A DNA stretch of 64,000 nt from NCBI RefSeq assembly GCF_964204645.1, contig NC_134036.1:2604001-2668000 (forward strand). Direction: 5' to 3'. The translations under genes were made by a program, and so were the position numbers. This stretch comes from Tubulanus polymorphus (lineage: Eukaryota; Animalia; Nemertea). Numbering within the stretch: position 1 is the first letter of the stretch; the number at the start of each line of letters is the position of its first letter. A model generated the notes under the pieces. It did no database searches. It was not told where the DNA came from and saw only the letters and a program-made list of their open reading frames with translations. Shown here in pieces: positions 21,501 to 36,500 of this stretch.

Positions 21501-24500
21501 AATTCAAACGCTCACCTCCTCCGCAGCAGCTACGATTGATATATCTTGCGTAAATAGCAGCACCCTCTGGAGACCATCGAGGAAACTAACCCAGTACACT
21601 TTACTGTTAGTGTCAGCGAAGAAATTGCCACAACCGTCCTGTTGCATGAAGAAGAAAAGTTATATTTTTGAAAGGATCTCCGAACATGAATTGGAAAATG
21701 ATGTTGTTAGAAAGGATATCTTGATAGACATCATCAAAATAAGAAACATCTAGTTCCAAAAAATCCAAAAGTTGTCAAATTTGCTGCAAAATAGCAGAAG
21801 ACAAACCTTGATGAGGTCGGTTTTCTCTCTGCGATCTCCGCATTGCCAATACATCTCTCGTTTACCGGTCGCGTCCTGCCAGGCGTAGAGCACGGTCGTA
21901 CCAGCGGGCAACGTCTCCTGTTCCTCAACACCACTAGTAAAATAAAACAAACACAACATATTCAAAAATTCCTAACAAATGTTCATGAAGTTATTGGCAA
22001 TGAGAAAGACATCATTAGTAAGTGTCATAATCATAATTGAAGTTATGCAGAATGAGAAAGTCATATTTAGTGACTGATTATAATTTCACTGAATCAATGA
22101 AGTTATCGAGAATGAGAAGGTCGTCATTAGTAACTTATCATAATTTTCTGAATCAATGAAGTTATCGAGAATGAGAAGGTCGCCATAAGTAACTAATAAT
22201 AATTATACTGAATCAATGAAGTTATTGAGAATGAGAAGGGCGTCATAAGTAACTAATAATAATTTTACTGAATCAATGAAGTTATTGAGAATGAGAAGGG
22301 CGTCATAAGTAACTAATAATAATTTTACTGAATCGTTGAAGTTATCGAGAATGAGAAGGTCATTTGTTACAAGTAACTAATCATAATTTCATTAAATTGC
22401 AAACATCACTGAGGACATAACATATCCATATAATGCAAATAGCCAACTAGTGATGTCAAAGAACCGACCAAAGACATTCACCACAAAAAAACCAAACATC
22501 TTTAACTTACTTTTGATAATATTTGATTGGTAATGATGTATGATTGACTAGTTGAACGTTTGCCATCCCGTCGTGATATTGATCTAACATGATAATCACT
22601 GCCGATTCCGATATCTGAGTCTCGATACTTATTCCTCCGTACTACAATTATATAGAACATTGTGAATATATAAAACATTACCCAGTCAATCATCCTCGTT
22701 GACCTTGACCTATAGCGTTGACAAACTATCCCCTTGCTCATCTAGATCCTTCTTTTAGGACCAGTATTTCATTTTTGCTGATCTGTGGCCGTGTGTCTAA
22801 GACCATCAAAGTTCTATAGCTAATCTGACAGCTTAAGACCAGTCTTAAGATTTAAGACAACTCTTGAACTTAAGTCATGATTATGGAACCGGCCCCCCAC
22901 AGGGGTAGCTAGTCGTTTTTGCTTTTAACTCACCTCCTCTTCCAGTTTCATTAAAGTATTGTGAGGTTCGTTGAAAATGAACGGTTTTGTTTCCATGTTC
23001 GTATCTTTCACTTTGGCCTTCATTAACATCTTCTTTTGGCTTTGAATTGGCCAAAACGGTACACACTGTAAAAAACCGATATTCCGGTCACGGTTCTGAT
23101 GATCAAATTTGAGTTTTTCCCAATTGTCCGGGAACAAATGAATTAAACCCACATCCATTATCCATTCAGGATTATGAAGTTGTCAGTATCCAGTATCAAT
23201 TTGATTTTTAAAATTCCAATCAAGAAAACACAGGAAAGAATGAAATTAAACATATTCTAATGGTGAAATCAGAAACTTCTTGTTTGTTTCATTTCATTTA
23301 TTACTATCACAACAAAAAGCTAGTACCCTCGGAATACCGGGATACTGCCAAAATCAAGCCCTGTTTTTCTCCTCATTATTAGAATGTTTGCTGCCAGCAT
23401 ATTCCAAGCTGGCGGCAAACATCCTAATAAACGCGGTTTCGATGATATCGTATAAAATACCTCTTTAGGCGGGCAATCGACCCAGTGCGCGTTATTCGAC
23501 GCCATCTCGTTCGTTACCTCGATGCTCGAGATCGTGTACGTCGCTTTATTAACGATCATATAATACGGAGTGAACGTCACGATCTTCGTCAATCCGGAAT
23601 TCGACAGCGAGATCTTCACGCCGACCTCGTACGTGTAGTGTTTGAATTTACACGTTACCGTACCCGAACTACCGACCGTATCCAACGAGAATTTATCCGA
23701 CCAGTCGCTGTCGCATACTTTCAACGTTACCTGAATGATAATGACGATAAAAAAGATTTCAATGTTTGACTTGGAAGGATGTTTGATTTGGTAAGGCAAA
23801 GGAATTTGACTTAATAATGGTTAAGAGTTTGAATTGATGATATGAAGAAGTTTGACTTCTAATGCCAAGTAGTTCGACTTATTAATGGAAGAATTTTGAC
23901 TTGGTAATGCAGGGAAATTTATTTGAATTGGTAATGGAGAATAAGTTTTCTTGGCAATGGAAGAGGGTATGGCATGGTAATGGAAGGTTTGACTTGGTAA
24001 TGAAGAAAGCCATTTTCTAGAAACTCAGCACAATAGGTCCTTTATCTATTAACTTTGTCACCCTTGGGGACATTTTAGAAAAATTCAATTTTCTCTCATA
24101 ACGTAGTCGACAAAAAAGCAAAACACACTCAGTTAACAATTTATGATAATACATCTTTCTACCTTTGAACACAATAAAAAAAGGTTTTGAAAAGAAGATG
24201 GGTTGAGATAAAAAGCATTGATATCCGTGACTCTACTACCAACACTGCATTATAATACTTCCATACCACAGGCGCGTTTGAACCATTAAAAGGAGGACCC
24301 CATTGAAGACTACCCTTGAACACGAAAGTTTTCAAACTCCTAAAAGATGTCAAACATGCGCGTGCAAAAAGACTACATCTACAAAAGTAAATCTCTGTAT
24401 TCCATGAGTCAAGTATTGATGAATCCCATCACCAAAAATGGCATCGAGGATACAAACAAGTATGTAGTATAGAGGACACATTCAAACTTACTCTTCTATC

Positions 24501-27500
24501 AATCTAAAAATGGGTGAAGGCAATATAAAACAATACCATGCATAAATTAACATCTAATTACCATATAAAAGTGTATCTATCATTCTCATAAGGTGGTGCA
24601 TATATTAACATCTAATTACCAGATTATCGAGTTGCATAAAGTGACATCTAACATCAAAATGTGCATCGATTTACATAAATTATCATCTCATATTCAATAA
24701 GTGCATACATTTGCATACATTAACATACATTATTATACATTACTATATGGATCTTATGTTCTAACATAAATAATATCCATAACCACCTTGAATAAATACA
24801 AAACCAAAACTTGATTATAGTGCATGGTGGCACCAATAAAGGTTACTACTAACACCTTCAGAAAAGTCGATATAAAAGAAGTTGGTGTTACATGAAATGA
24901 CTATGCGTAAACCACTGATTGTGCTCCATCCCGAAAGCAATTTATGTTTCAATAATTCAGTTAGTAAACAGAAAATAACAACAAACCATGACAACGTTTG
25001 AAATTTCGTTTATTCTAAACTTGAAACCGAACATGCCACTAAAACACTGAATTCTCCACCTAGTGAGTGAAACACAAACTAAAAACAACACCAAACCTGA
25101 TGCAAAGCAACGAATTACCAAACTTACTTTGCCCGACTTTTTCCACGGTTGTTTGTTTTTCTTTTGCGACTTGTTGCGATTCAGCGTACCGGTACTGCCG
25201 GCCGTCGATGACGCATCATCTTTTGACAACTCCTCCTGATAGATGGCGCATTGGTAGGGACGAAAATGAAAAGGATATAACGCATATTGTATGAATTGGA
25301 TCGGGGAATTTAGTACGTACAAAGGTTCTTATCTCTCTGAAATTAAAGCCTCCTTTTTATTTGATCAATACAATCTGGCATTAAATTTCTAAGGCTAAGA
25401 GAATGGCAGACGGACAAGCATACCACTACCGAGAGTAAAACGAACTAAAAAACGTGTTTCAAAACCTCTAAACTGAAGAGAAAAGAAAATTTCCGGAGGG
25501 GGTCATTTTTACTACTCTCAACTACCACAGCTATACGATATTAATGGATGAATGAACGAAAAAGAAAGGGCAAAAATTGACTTCCAATGAAAATAAGAAT
25601 CCTAACTAACAACAGAAATTGACTTCCAATGAAAATAAAACACTACAAATGATTTACGTTCTGACAGTCATATGATGCTGAAGATGACATGAAAAGCATT
25701 AACCAACCCCATTAGTGTCCATGCACTTCAAGGAAAAATACCGTAAAAACTTGACATATATGTACGGACGAAACTAGGGGTCCAAGGATACAACGCCATG
25801 CCTACTCGGTGAAATGCTTCACTACCTGACATTTGCAATAATCAAGACAATTGATCAAAGCATCTTCAAGATTTTCCATGAAAACTTGTGCAAAAGGCCA
25901 CTTGCTAAAAAGTTGTTCACCAGTGGATAGTTGACATAGTGACAATGAAAAGTTCATGGTTAACTTATGGCATTTATCGGCCAGTTATCTTTTTACCAAC
26001 TTTTGAACAACTGCAGCTCCTGATTTTCTTCCGAAAAATGCTAATTCAGTGAATGCACAAATGAATGGACAGACAGCTGACAGATCAACGTACAAAAAGT
26101 GAATACAATGGCATAAATCCCCTTATAACATCAAAATCAATACCAAATTCATGAAAAAATCGTTACACATTGTTTTGATGATGTCGTAGTGGGATTTACG
26201 GAGACGCCCGTCTTATTGAAACCAACATTTCCACGGTTACCGAGACAAAACAACATGCATTTATCGACGAAATTGGATCAACTACAAACGTAGTTTTTCC
26301 GCACCTTTTCGTGATGAAAGGAGGAGGGTTAATATTGTTTTTTTTTTTTTTTTAATTTGCTACCATGACGATTACGATAATGAAAACAATACGAGAAAAC
26401 GAGCGGTTCTCCTACCTCGGTCGCGTGACTCGACGACGGCGATTTCAGGCGGAAATGTTTCTATAAATAAGCGCGCGACGCGAACGACGGGAGTGAACGA
26501 GAAAATAGAGAGAAAGGAAGAAAAATGTCGCTATTATTAACGATGAAATTAAACACAAACACAAACAGCGCACGACGACAACAACAATGATGCACATTTC
26601 AAAATTTAAATTATATTTTGGCGTTGCGTAAAAAAATGTCGGAGATCATCCTCGTTTATTCTCCATGATGAAATAACCCTTGTCCATGGTCGTTAAAAGT
26701 TCAATACAAATCGATAATAAACACATGCCTAAACTCAGTTCCATATTCATCATCCTCATCCAGCAGGGATTTGAACCTGATGGCATCGCTCGAACCTGAC
26801 TCAGCCGTAGCATGAAACCCTTCCCCACTAGACCCCAGTGTGCAGGTACATGCGCCGATTGCTTGTTGTGTAATTAGAGGCAAATTTCACCGATAAACTA
26901 GAACTGGAAAACCCAGGCTAAAATGAAATGGGATATCTGATTGGATAATGGTGGCCTCATCTAAGCTGTGCATGTAGCTGCACACTCGGTCTATAGTGTT
27001 GCTGGGTTCTGGGTTTCGTACCGTGGCGAGTCTTGGTGCCATCAGGTTCGAATCCTTGCTGGGGAAAATTATATTCATGAGCTAAAATGTGAATTCATTA
27101 CGTCTACGGACCCTTAACTCTTTACCAACAGCCATGCGAAGAGCCTGATCTTCTGAAATTTAATAGATGAAATCCGAACTCCTTTTAAAAGAAAACCATC
27201 CTCTATCCGAGCCAGTGTTAACATACGCGAACCCCTTTTGTCATAATCGTTGCTGCTCAGAATTCTAAAACCATGCCAACACCTCATGACATATTGGAAA
27301 AAAGAACCACTGTCAACATGCGTCCATGCATATAGGAAAAAATGAAAACACAGACGCAGAGTAAGATTCAATTGGAGAAAAGATGGCTACCTTCATAAAA
27401 TCCCCCTATGACATCATCCCTGTAGTAGTGCAAGATCCAGGGGCAGAGTTTTACAGGAGGAGAACAAACAAATGAAAAGGGCAAAAGGTGTTTCTGCCCC

Positions 27501-30500
27501 TCGTCTATGGGATAGTTTGCCGAAACACATTAGGGCTACATCATCTTTTGAGGTTATTAAATCATTGGTTAAACCATTTTTATTTAGAGAATATCTTTTT
27601 AACTAATTTTATATCTACTAATCACGTCAATTTTATCTATTATTGTAAAGAGCTTTGAGATTATTCTTAATGAAAAGAGCTTGATTATTACATTTACTCT
27701 GCCTGGATTTCCAGACCCCCCACAATGACAGGAGCAAGTCCGCCTTGTCCTACTGTCTGGATCCGCCCCTCAGCATATCACTGTATCAGCTTAATGATGT
27801 CATAGGGGGATTTATGAAGGAGTATCTTCAGGATATTTTCTAAAATCCATAACTCATCGTTTTAAAAATGTTACATTCCCGATCGGGCGAGCATTGTGCG
27901 TAGAATATACGTCGATAAAAACCTGCGTGATCAAAGTGACACCTTGCGATGCGAATGAGAACTAAAATACCCATGGATAGAAATATAGAGAAGTAAAAAA
28001 CCCGCGAAGTTCCGACCGCTGGCGAGTGAGTAGTCGTATACTTACCGAACTCCCTTTACCGGTTGATTTTTTAGTCGCGACCGTTTTGACGGCGGGATGA
28101 TAGAGATCCTCTTCGTCCGAGTCGACGTCAAAACTCGATGCGTCTTTCTTCTGACGGAACAAGCGGCGCGCGGAGAACGCGGTGAGAAAAAGCGGAACTA
28201 ATAAACGAACGACGGAGGCTAGGGTTACAGGGGGGGGTGGGGTAACCTCGACCCGAAAATAATCTTCTGTAAGGTCGCGCGTGTTGGATTGCATGGGTGA
28301 AAATAATGGTTACAATGAAAAACATTTTCTAGTAAATCCCTTCACCGCGTATGTAAATATGCACACAGAAAGAGGTCATTCTAACAATGTTACACAAACA
28401 AGATGCTCATTTGACTTAAAAGTGGTACTTCATCTATTCATGTATCTCAAGGGCTAAGTGAAAAAAATCCCAATTCAAGGGAAAAATTAACTCGAGTTGG
28501 AAAATGTCACAAAATCCTGAAATGCTTATATTGAATACTGAATTATATCGGCATCGATTTTAAAAGTAGAATTTCACGAAGTATACTTTTCCGCACAATA
28601 ATCATTTCAATTTCAAAAGCTTCCACTGTTTCTAAACCAGAACGAAACAAATTCAGCCCCATCTGGCAGATTATAGTATCATTTCTCTTCAAAGCCTTGA
28701 ACCCGAAATCAAATTCAAATGTGACGATTACGGAAGTGACAGTTGAATTACGCCCGCACCCGCACCCACCGGGGATCGAACCCAAGTCTATGCGTAACAC
28801 AGTTACCTAACACTATATACATTGTAGGCAGACACATTGGCTCCAGATCACACACATCAATCTATCAACAAATATCCACACATTTTTTTCGATACGCACC
28901 TTTTTCTTTTCGAATACTTTTTTCGGTTTGTAAGCGAACAATACCGCCCCCTGTTGACCTTCTGGGTGTTCGTAGACGATGTCATCGGTCGACTGAAATC
29001 GGGAGAAGATAAAGAAACTTGTTGAATGAGAATATTTCATTTCGCGATGAAACAAACATTGAAGATTGATTTTTAGAAAATTAAGACTTGAAAACGTCAT
29101 TGAATAATGAAATGACATACTAAAATGGATGTGAAATTCTTTTTCGAAGATTCTTGACGCAGGCAAAGTTTTTGTTGAATTTTGAATTTTGAAGTACATT
29201 TATTTAAGGAGCTTGGAAAAATTGGAAATGCATCTTACTTCGTCATTCAATATAGTGCATGGTTTTTAAAAAAGCTTTTCCACCATGATCTAATATATCT
29301 ATATATATATTGGACCGAGTTCAGAGGAAACAATACTATATTTATCTATGGTGACATAACAAAAGGCCTATGCCTACAGTCAATTGAAATATATCGATAA
29401 ACATTGATACCATATTGCAGTACATTGGTAAGCCCAGTCTTCAGACTTCTACTGAATTCTATATTTCTAAAGTACACATGGATCTAAATACTACTGAGCG
29501 GGTTTTCGCTCCAAAAGGTGGTGAAATATCCCACAAACTGGGTCCTCTAATTGTAAAGCATTACCACGAAAATAAAAAACAATTAGATATTTCATAAAAA
29601 ATAAAAGTATCAAAAAATATATGCTTATCATTTCATAACTATCGCGCAACGTGCGAATTACAGGTGACGCATGATTTAATGAATGATAGATATTTGACCA
29701 TCAATAATGAAAAGCGCTAAACTTATCTAATGAAGATGGAACCGTTCAGAAAGATGAATATCTCCATGAAGTACCTTATGACATCTAGAGATTTCATGCT
29801 CCATATTTTCCTGAAGCCTTAACAGGAGCAGATCCAGGATTTTCAAAGTGGAGGGGGGAGCTCAGCTGGTCTAACCACAGAAAATTTCGAAAAAATTACC
29901 CTCTCTTTCAAGTATTCTAAGTTTTTTTCAGGCATATATTGTCATATATTCTAAGTGTCCTGTACTTTTAAATGTAACATTGAAAATCGGAAGATTTATC
30001 ATACGAAGGAGGTTCCCCCCTGGATCTGCGTCTGCTTAAAACAATTAGGTTTGAATCATTATCTTAATGAAAACATGTAATAACCAATAGACAATGTGAG
30101 ACTCCGCCCTCTGGTGACAATATCTGACTCAAATCTAAATAAATCAAATGAAAAAATATCGTAGGTGTATAAATCGATGATGTCATAAGGAGATATAACA
30201 CGGACGCGGCCATCTTTCCGACGAAACGGTACTACAAAATACCCGCATGACAATAAAAGCATCACGATGAAATAATAAATGTTGCAGCGGAACTAAAAGC
30301 ATGATTCGAGGTGTTTAAAGGACATTGACATTGACGAACCTCCTCCTGGTGAGTTTGCTATAAAACGCGTGCGTGCAGCAGCCGAGGGGATAAAAAATAT
30401 ACCGCTGTCAAATTCAGTTTTTTCAATTTCATCTCCAGGAAGGGTTTATTTAGACCACTTGTTGTTTCATATCTTCTCGTAATGCGACCAAGATGACCTA

Positions 30501-33500
30501 TATGGCCAGTTGTATAGTCAGGGTGGCCACTTTGGCGATTTTTCCCCATCTTTTCCCTAACTATTTTCTGACTGATTTGTTTTCACTTGTGACAATTGCA
30601 CTTTGTTTTCCCTGACTTGATCTGCTAAGTATCTAATCAATTAAGGCAGTTGTAATACGTAAGACATAGACGGACACTGTTTGATTTTATGTGTGATCTA
30701 GCATTCTCAACAGATTTCCCTGATCTTTAGCTTTTTTTCTACAAAATTCCCTGATTTTGTTAAAAATTTCCTGACTTTTCCCTGGTTTCTGGGTAAGTGG
30801 CCACCCTGACCCTGTTCCTTCAACTTTTTACTCACTTTAATTATCAACCTCAGATTATTCCATCCAATTTTTTATTTCTATGCTTCACAAACAAAGCTTA
30901 TTTACCAGAACTAAGGGTTTTTCGAAGCTGGGACTTAGGAGGCGAATGAATCCCCTCTAAGATAATCTCATGAATTCTGGAATATTTACCTTCTTTTTAG
31001 AACAATGTCTAATTACTGAGTGCTTGAATTGATTAATCAATTATTCATTTATTCGTATAATCAATCATTTATCATGCATTTAAAACTGTCAATCATTAAC
31101 ATGCTCACGCCCACAAATCCATGAAACCCTTCACTAGCATTGTGAGATGAATAGCCTACCTTGTAAACTAACGGCAGACCGGTTTTGTTGACCATCCAAT
31201 ACGGCGAGTAAAGCGCCACCTCTAGGAAACCTTTCGACCTTTTCGTGTGTAAACCAAGATCCTGTATCATCAAAAATTCATAAATCTTCATGTAATTTTC
31301 AATTTCAGATTTATAATCACTTCAAAAATTTGAGACGAGATTAAGTTCCTAAAAGAATCTATCTACAAGATGGCACAATCTGTTGTCAGTTACCAATGAT
31401 CTACTCACCATAGTAACTGTACTGTACCCGTCTGGGGCCTCGAACGTCCATACGGCCAATTCTTGTGCGTTCGGGTCAAAGTTAATGTGAGCATCCCAGT
31501 CTCGACCCCGGTAGTTCAAAATCTATGGAAAAAAATTTTTTGAAAAAATTTTCAAATAATCTGTTCTAGAAATCTTTTTGAGAATTTGTTTCTGAAAAAT
31601 TTTTGAATGTATGAATTTCGAGCTTACTCGTATCTCCATGCTTGTTTTACCGACGCACGCGTTGTACAGAATTGTTTTCTGTCCGGCCTCAAGTGAAATC
31701 TGTGTAGCTGTCCCCTGTTCGAAAAAAAAACAACATCTAATTATCAATAATCAACAAAAGGGCTTCTAAATCTTATACACCCACTCTATGGAATTCCTTT
31801 CCCCAGTCATAAAGGGAATGCCCATCGGTTCCCTTCGCTGATTGTGTGGTTTGTTTTTTGAAATGTCTTCTCAAGTGATGTATCGTGCAAAGATTATTCT
31901 TACAATAGTCGTATGCTATATAAACTATCATAATTATTATCATCATTATCATTATTATTAACATTATAATCCTAAACGAGAAAATTAATTATAATTGAAT
32001 CATTTGACGCCTTTGAAGAAATAGATAGCTAGTAGGATAATCTTATGCGGTCGAAAGAAATCGTTTCAATGTGCAGAATCAGGGGTCATAGTTGCAAGGG
32101 CTCGATGGTTATCATTGCTTAGATTTTATTGCCGCCATTTTATAAAGCATCAAAAACTATTTGAATACGTACCTCTAGTATATAGTCGATCGTCATCGGC
32201 AGAATATTCTCAAAAACGATCGTAGGATGCAAATGAAGAGTGTAGGTTTTGGCAGTTTTATCATTGGTCAATTCGAATAAAACGTCGTCAACTTGTGGAA
32301 TCACCTTGAAAAAAATCCCTTAAAAATCTTTAAACTTGTGGCATTGTACGGGCTTTGGCTATTCCCAGTCATCAATATTCAATAGGCCAAGTCTGTAGAC
32401 TACTGGTAATTTGAACTGAAAGATGAAGGTGACTTGAGGAAACTTACGTTGAAGAAGAAAGGCTGATAGCCGGCTTGTTTACTTTCACAAGTGACAACTT
32501 CTGATTGTCCGTTCTTCAAACTACGCCACAATAAACCTGTACCCGATGCCTTGTATCGTCTGAATATATAGAAATCAGAATTTTAGCATCTTGAGCAAAG
32601 AGAACAACTAACTATTCCTAGCTATTATAGGTTTACAACCAAATACCATCAAACCTTGTATCAATTAAACCAGCAACTGTCCCTGAATCAGTAAAGAGAT
32701 CAACTAACTAATCCTAACCAACATAGGTTTATATCCAAATACCATCAAACCTTGTATAAGTTTCTCAATTTAGAACTTTTAAAAAGATTCTCATACCGCG
32801 ACACCACTTTCATTTGACATGCTTTTTTTAACTGACTTTTTCATGACATGAACCTGATTTCCTTGACTGATGTACTTAGAATCCGATCAATTAACACAGT
32901 CTAATACGTAAGACATAGAAGGAAACTTTGATTCTCCACGCGATCTACCAATCTCATTTAATTTCCTTGAATTAAGATTTTTTACAAAATTGCCCGACTA
33001 TTCCTGACTTTTTTAAAGAGAAGAGATTCCCCTGATTTTTCCAGTGGACACCCTGTCATCAATCTAAAATTCTATTCATTTTCATTTCTCTTCGATCAGC
33101 TTGTTGCAGAAGTATAACTGTTATAATACGTACACATCGTTGTGAGGTTTGAAGTAAAGTTGATTAGGCGCCGTGTAGACGACATGCAGCGGTACGTTAA
33201 ACGTCTCGTCCTGATTGAGTTCTCCACATTTATCCAGATGTCCGTCTTCGGTTTTATAGAACAAATCGATACCGACAGGAAGATGATTCTGAACCTGTGA
33301 ACGAGAAAATAATCACCAGTCAGAAACGATGAAGATACAGAAGGCGGTCTACGAGGGAAATCGATAAAAATTCAGCAGGAAGATGATATTGAACCTGTGA
33401 ATAATATATACAAAGTAATTGACAATTTCACGAAGCCTTAACAGGGGTGGAACCAGGATTTCAAAGGAGGGAGGTGCTCTGTTGGTCTAGCCACTGAAAT

Positions 33501-36500
33501 TTCGAAAAATTTGTCTCTTTTTCATGCATTCTGAGTTTTTCCAGGCACCACTTGATCATCTAATATATTCAAAATGTACCCTGTACTTTGAAATGGAAGA
33601 CGATTTTGAACGTGTGAATAATATATACAGAGTAATTGACAAAAGTATGACTGAAATCGATGAAAATGTTCACCTGGATGATTGAACGAAGAGTGACGTT
33701 TTTACAGCCGAGTTTAGCTTCCGTTTGACAGATGAGAGCCCAGATGTCGCCCGGGTAACTCTGCTGGTTTATATTGAACGATCGCGTTTCGGCTTTTTGA
33801 ATTATGAGTTCACGATTGGCCCCGAACTGTTCGACCTACAGCGAGAGAGGTAGAGAGATACATGTAACAGAGATTGAGTCACACAAACATTAAGTTAAGG
33901 AGTACACAAGGGCCACAGTGCAATGCAGAATTGGCTTAACTTCTCCATTTCTAGATGTAATTGAACGCAAGATGAAGTACATTCCTTTTAAGGATTGAAC
34001 TCGAAAAGTAAATTTCTTTTAAAGACTGAACTGGAAAAAGAAGTAAATTTCTTTTAAGGACTGAACTGGGAAAGCAAGTATATACCTTTTAAGGACTGAA
34101 CTGGAAAAGGAAGTAAATTCCTTTTAAGGACTGAATTGGAAAAGGAAGTAAATCTCTTTTCAAGGACTAAACTGGAAAAGGAACACTCCCCAAGGGCGCT
34201 ATTCTGACAATTGTACAATGCAAAGGCCTATCAGAAGCCTCTCTCCATAGGATACATTTTCACATTTATTCTTACCATCAGTAACATTTTCCGTTCCTCT
34301 GATTCTTGTTGCGAACTCGTACAAACCGACTGCATCTTACGCATTTTCTTCTTCTTCTCGTTCTCCAGATTGTGCAGCGGTAGTTTCTCGCCGGACTCCA
34401 ACGCGACGACCTGGTTACTAGCCGCGTTCTCGACCGGTTGGAAACGTACGTCGGGTTTCAGTTTGATTGACAGGCCGCTGTCATTGATGATGCAATACGG
34501 CGCGATAATCTCCGCCTCTTGCACTTTAGTGTCGACTAAATAGTAGGCATCGCTGAAGGCCTGTGGAATCGATCAAAAAAATATTCTCAGGTTTAGTAGA
34601 CAGGAGAGACATCCTCAGAAACAATTGAGTTAAATGTCATCTATATCATCATAAATATCATCAATTTACTAAGTCTGTATGTTCCATGTATTACATTTGT
34701 AATTTTGTATTCAATTTAATTTAGGATGAAATAAATATCATTATCATCTAAATCTTTTTTGTTCATTTCGGTTTTCATTTTTGTGGAATAACGAAGAATA
34801 TATATTTTATCAAATAAATCCACTTTGAAAGGGGTACAACCCTTCTTTTCTATATATACCGTGCATATATGGAAAACCTACAGCAGTTAAATGTTGTTCT
34901 GGGCCCAGTTCCACAGAAAGGATTAAGACCTAAATCGATTTAAGATAAACTGAATTGATGAAGAAATTAAATCGATTTAAGAGTTAAACCTTTTTGTGAA
35001 ACTAGGCCCTGATGATAGATTTACCTTTCCGATACTGGTCAGTAATTCTAACAGGGATTTACTGACAGTAATCTGCAACATGTCGCTCGATTTTACGTCG
35101 ATGACCATTTTAGGAGGTTGAGTGATGATCTGATCAACCTCGGGATCGTCTGGATCGATCAGAGGTACTTCATCATTCTGATGAATCTGAGCGAAGAAAA
35201 GTGACAGACAAATCACCTCTCTAGTCAAGTATCTGTGAGCTGAACACAAAGGCCTACGACCCAGTTAATCACTTCTTTAGTCAAGTCTTGATGAGCTGGA
35301 CCCAGTTCCACAGTTGTGAGTTTGAGTTAACTCCGAGTTAAAGTAAGTTCATTTTCAATGAGTTAGCTCAGAGTCAAATCTTAACAACGAACTGTGGAAT
35401 TGGACCCTGAACAATTATGAACAAGAAGGCCCACAACCCAGTTGTCACACCGAGTTAAATTTCAAAATAGTAAACATCACTATTACATCATTATCACTTA
35501 GTTATTAATTCCTTTTTCTCAGGGCAATCCCCCTATCAGGCTCAGCCCCTAGGCTTGGGGTTATCCTTCTCATATATGTACCTATTCATCTATGAAATTA
35601 TATCAAAAGAAATTATGTTTATAATCTTGTACATATTATAAGTAAATAAATCATTCATTCATTCATCATATTTCTAATCATTCTAAAAAACTGCATGAAC
35701 GAAGTATTGTTTTGAAAATACAAATCCTGTGAATGAGCAATTAATTGTATACGTACCTCGATAGACATTTCCCACGGACGATGTTGTTCTTGGCCCTCTT
35801 CGACGGGTTCCAGTAACGGTTCCCAAACTGCCAATCGTTCATTGTAGTAAGCCACTTCACATTTCATACTACACGTTACAAACAACTAAAAACGAAAACA
35901 GAGACATGTTATGATTTATGGAAATCCCTTCATGGGAAAGCATTTTGTATGTTATAATACTTCATTAGATTGGCATACGATGTTAGGTAACTTATGAACC
36001 GAGCTGAGCTGAGGTGAGCTTACCTCTGAACTCCAGTCGCGAACATCCGCGTTAAATCCTGCTTCGAGCATCAACATCGGAACTGTTCGTCGACCTTGAC
36101 CTGCTTCTAGTTTTATCACGATACTCGCTATTGTCATCATCAACTACGGTGAACAATGATGATGATAATCTTTAATAACATTATTCATCACATTCATCAG
36201 GAATGTTAAGGAATCAAACAAAAGACATAACATTTGTAGATGCCACTAACCTGTTCTCCTCTTGTAGGCGTCTTAATGGCTGGTTCCAAAGCCATTAACT
36301 CGGTTTTGATATCAGCGTCTTTATCTAGAGTAGAGGACAATTTCTGTTTTAGGGCAGAGAAAGTCTATAATCATAGGACTATGGATTGGTGTCAAAGCAC
36401 ATATTTTATTGGCTAAAATCACATATATGTTATGTCAGAACACTCATTGGCAATGTTCTAATGTATCAAGGTACTCATTGGCAATGTTCTAATGTATCAA

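Noticed and set aside
28765-28790. tRNA gene suggested by GGGTTCGATCCCCGG on the minus strand
   Set aside because: No A-box or cloverleaf found; kept only as a weak microexon candidate.
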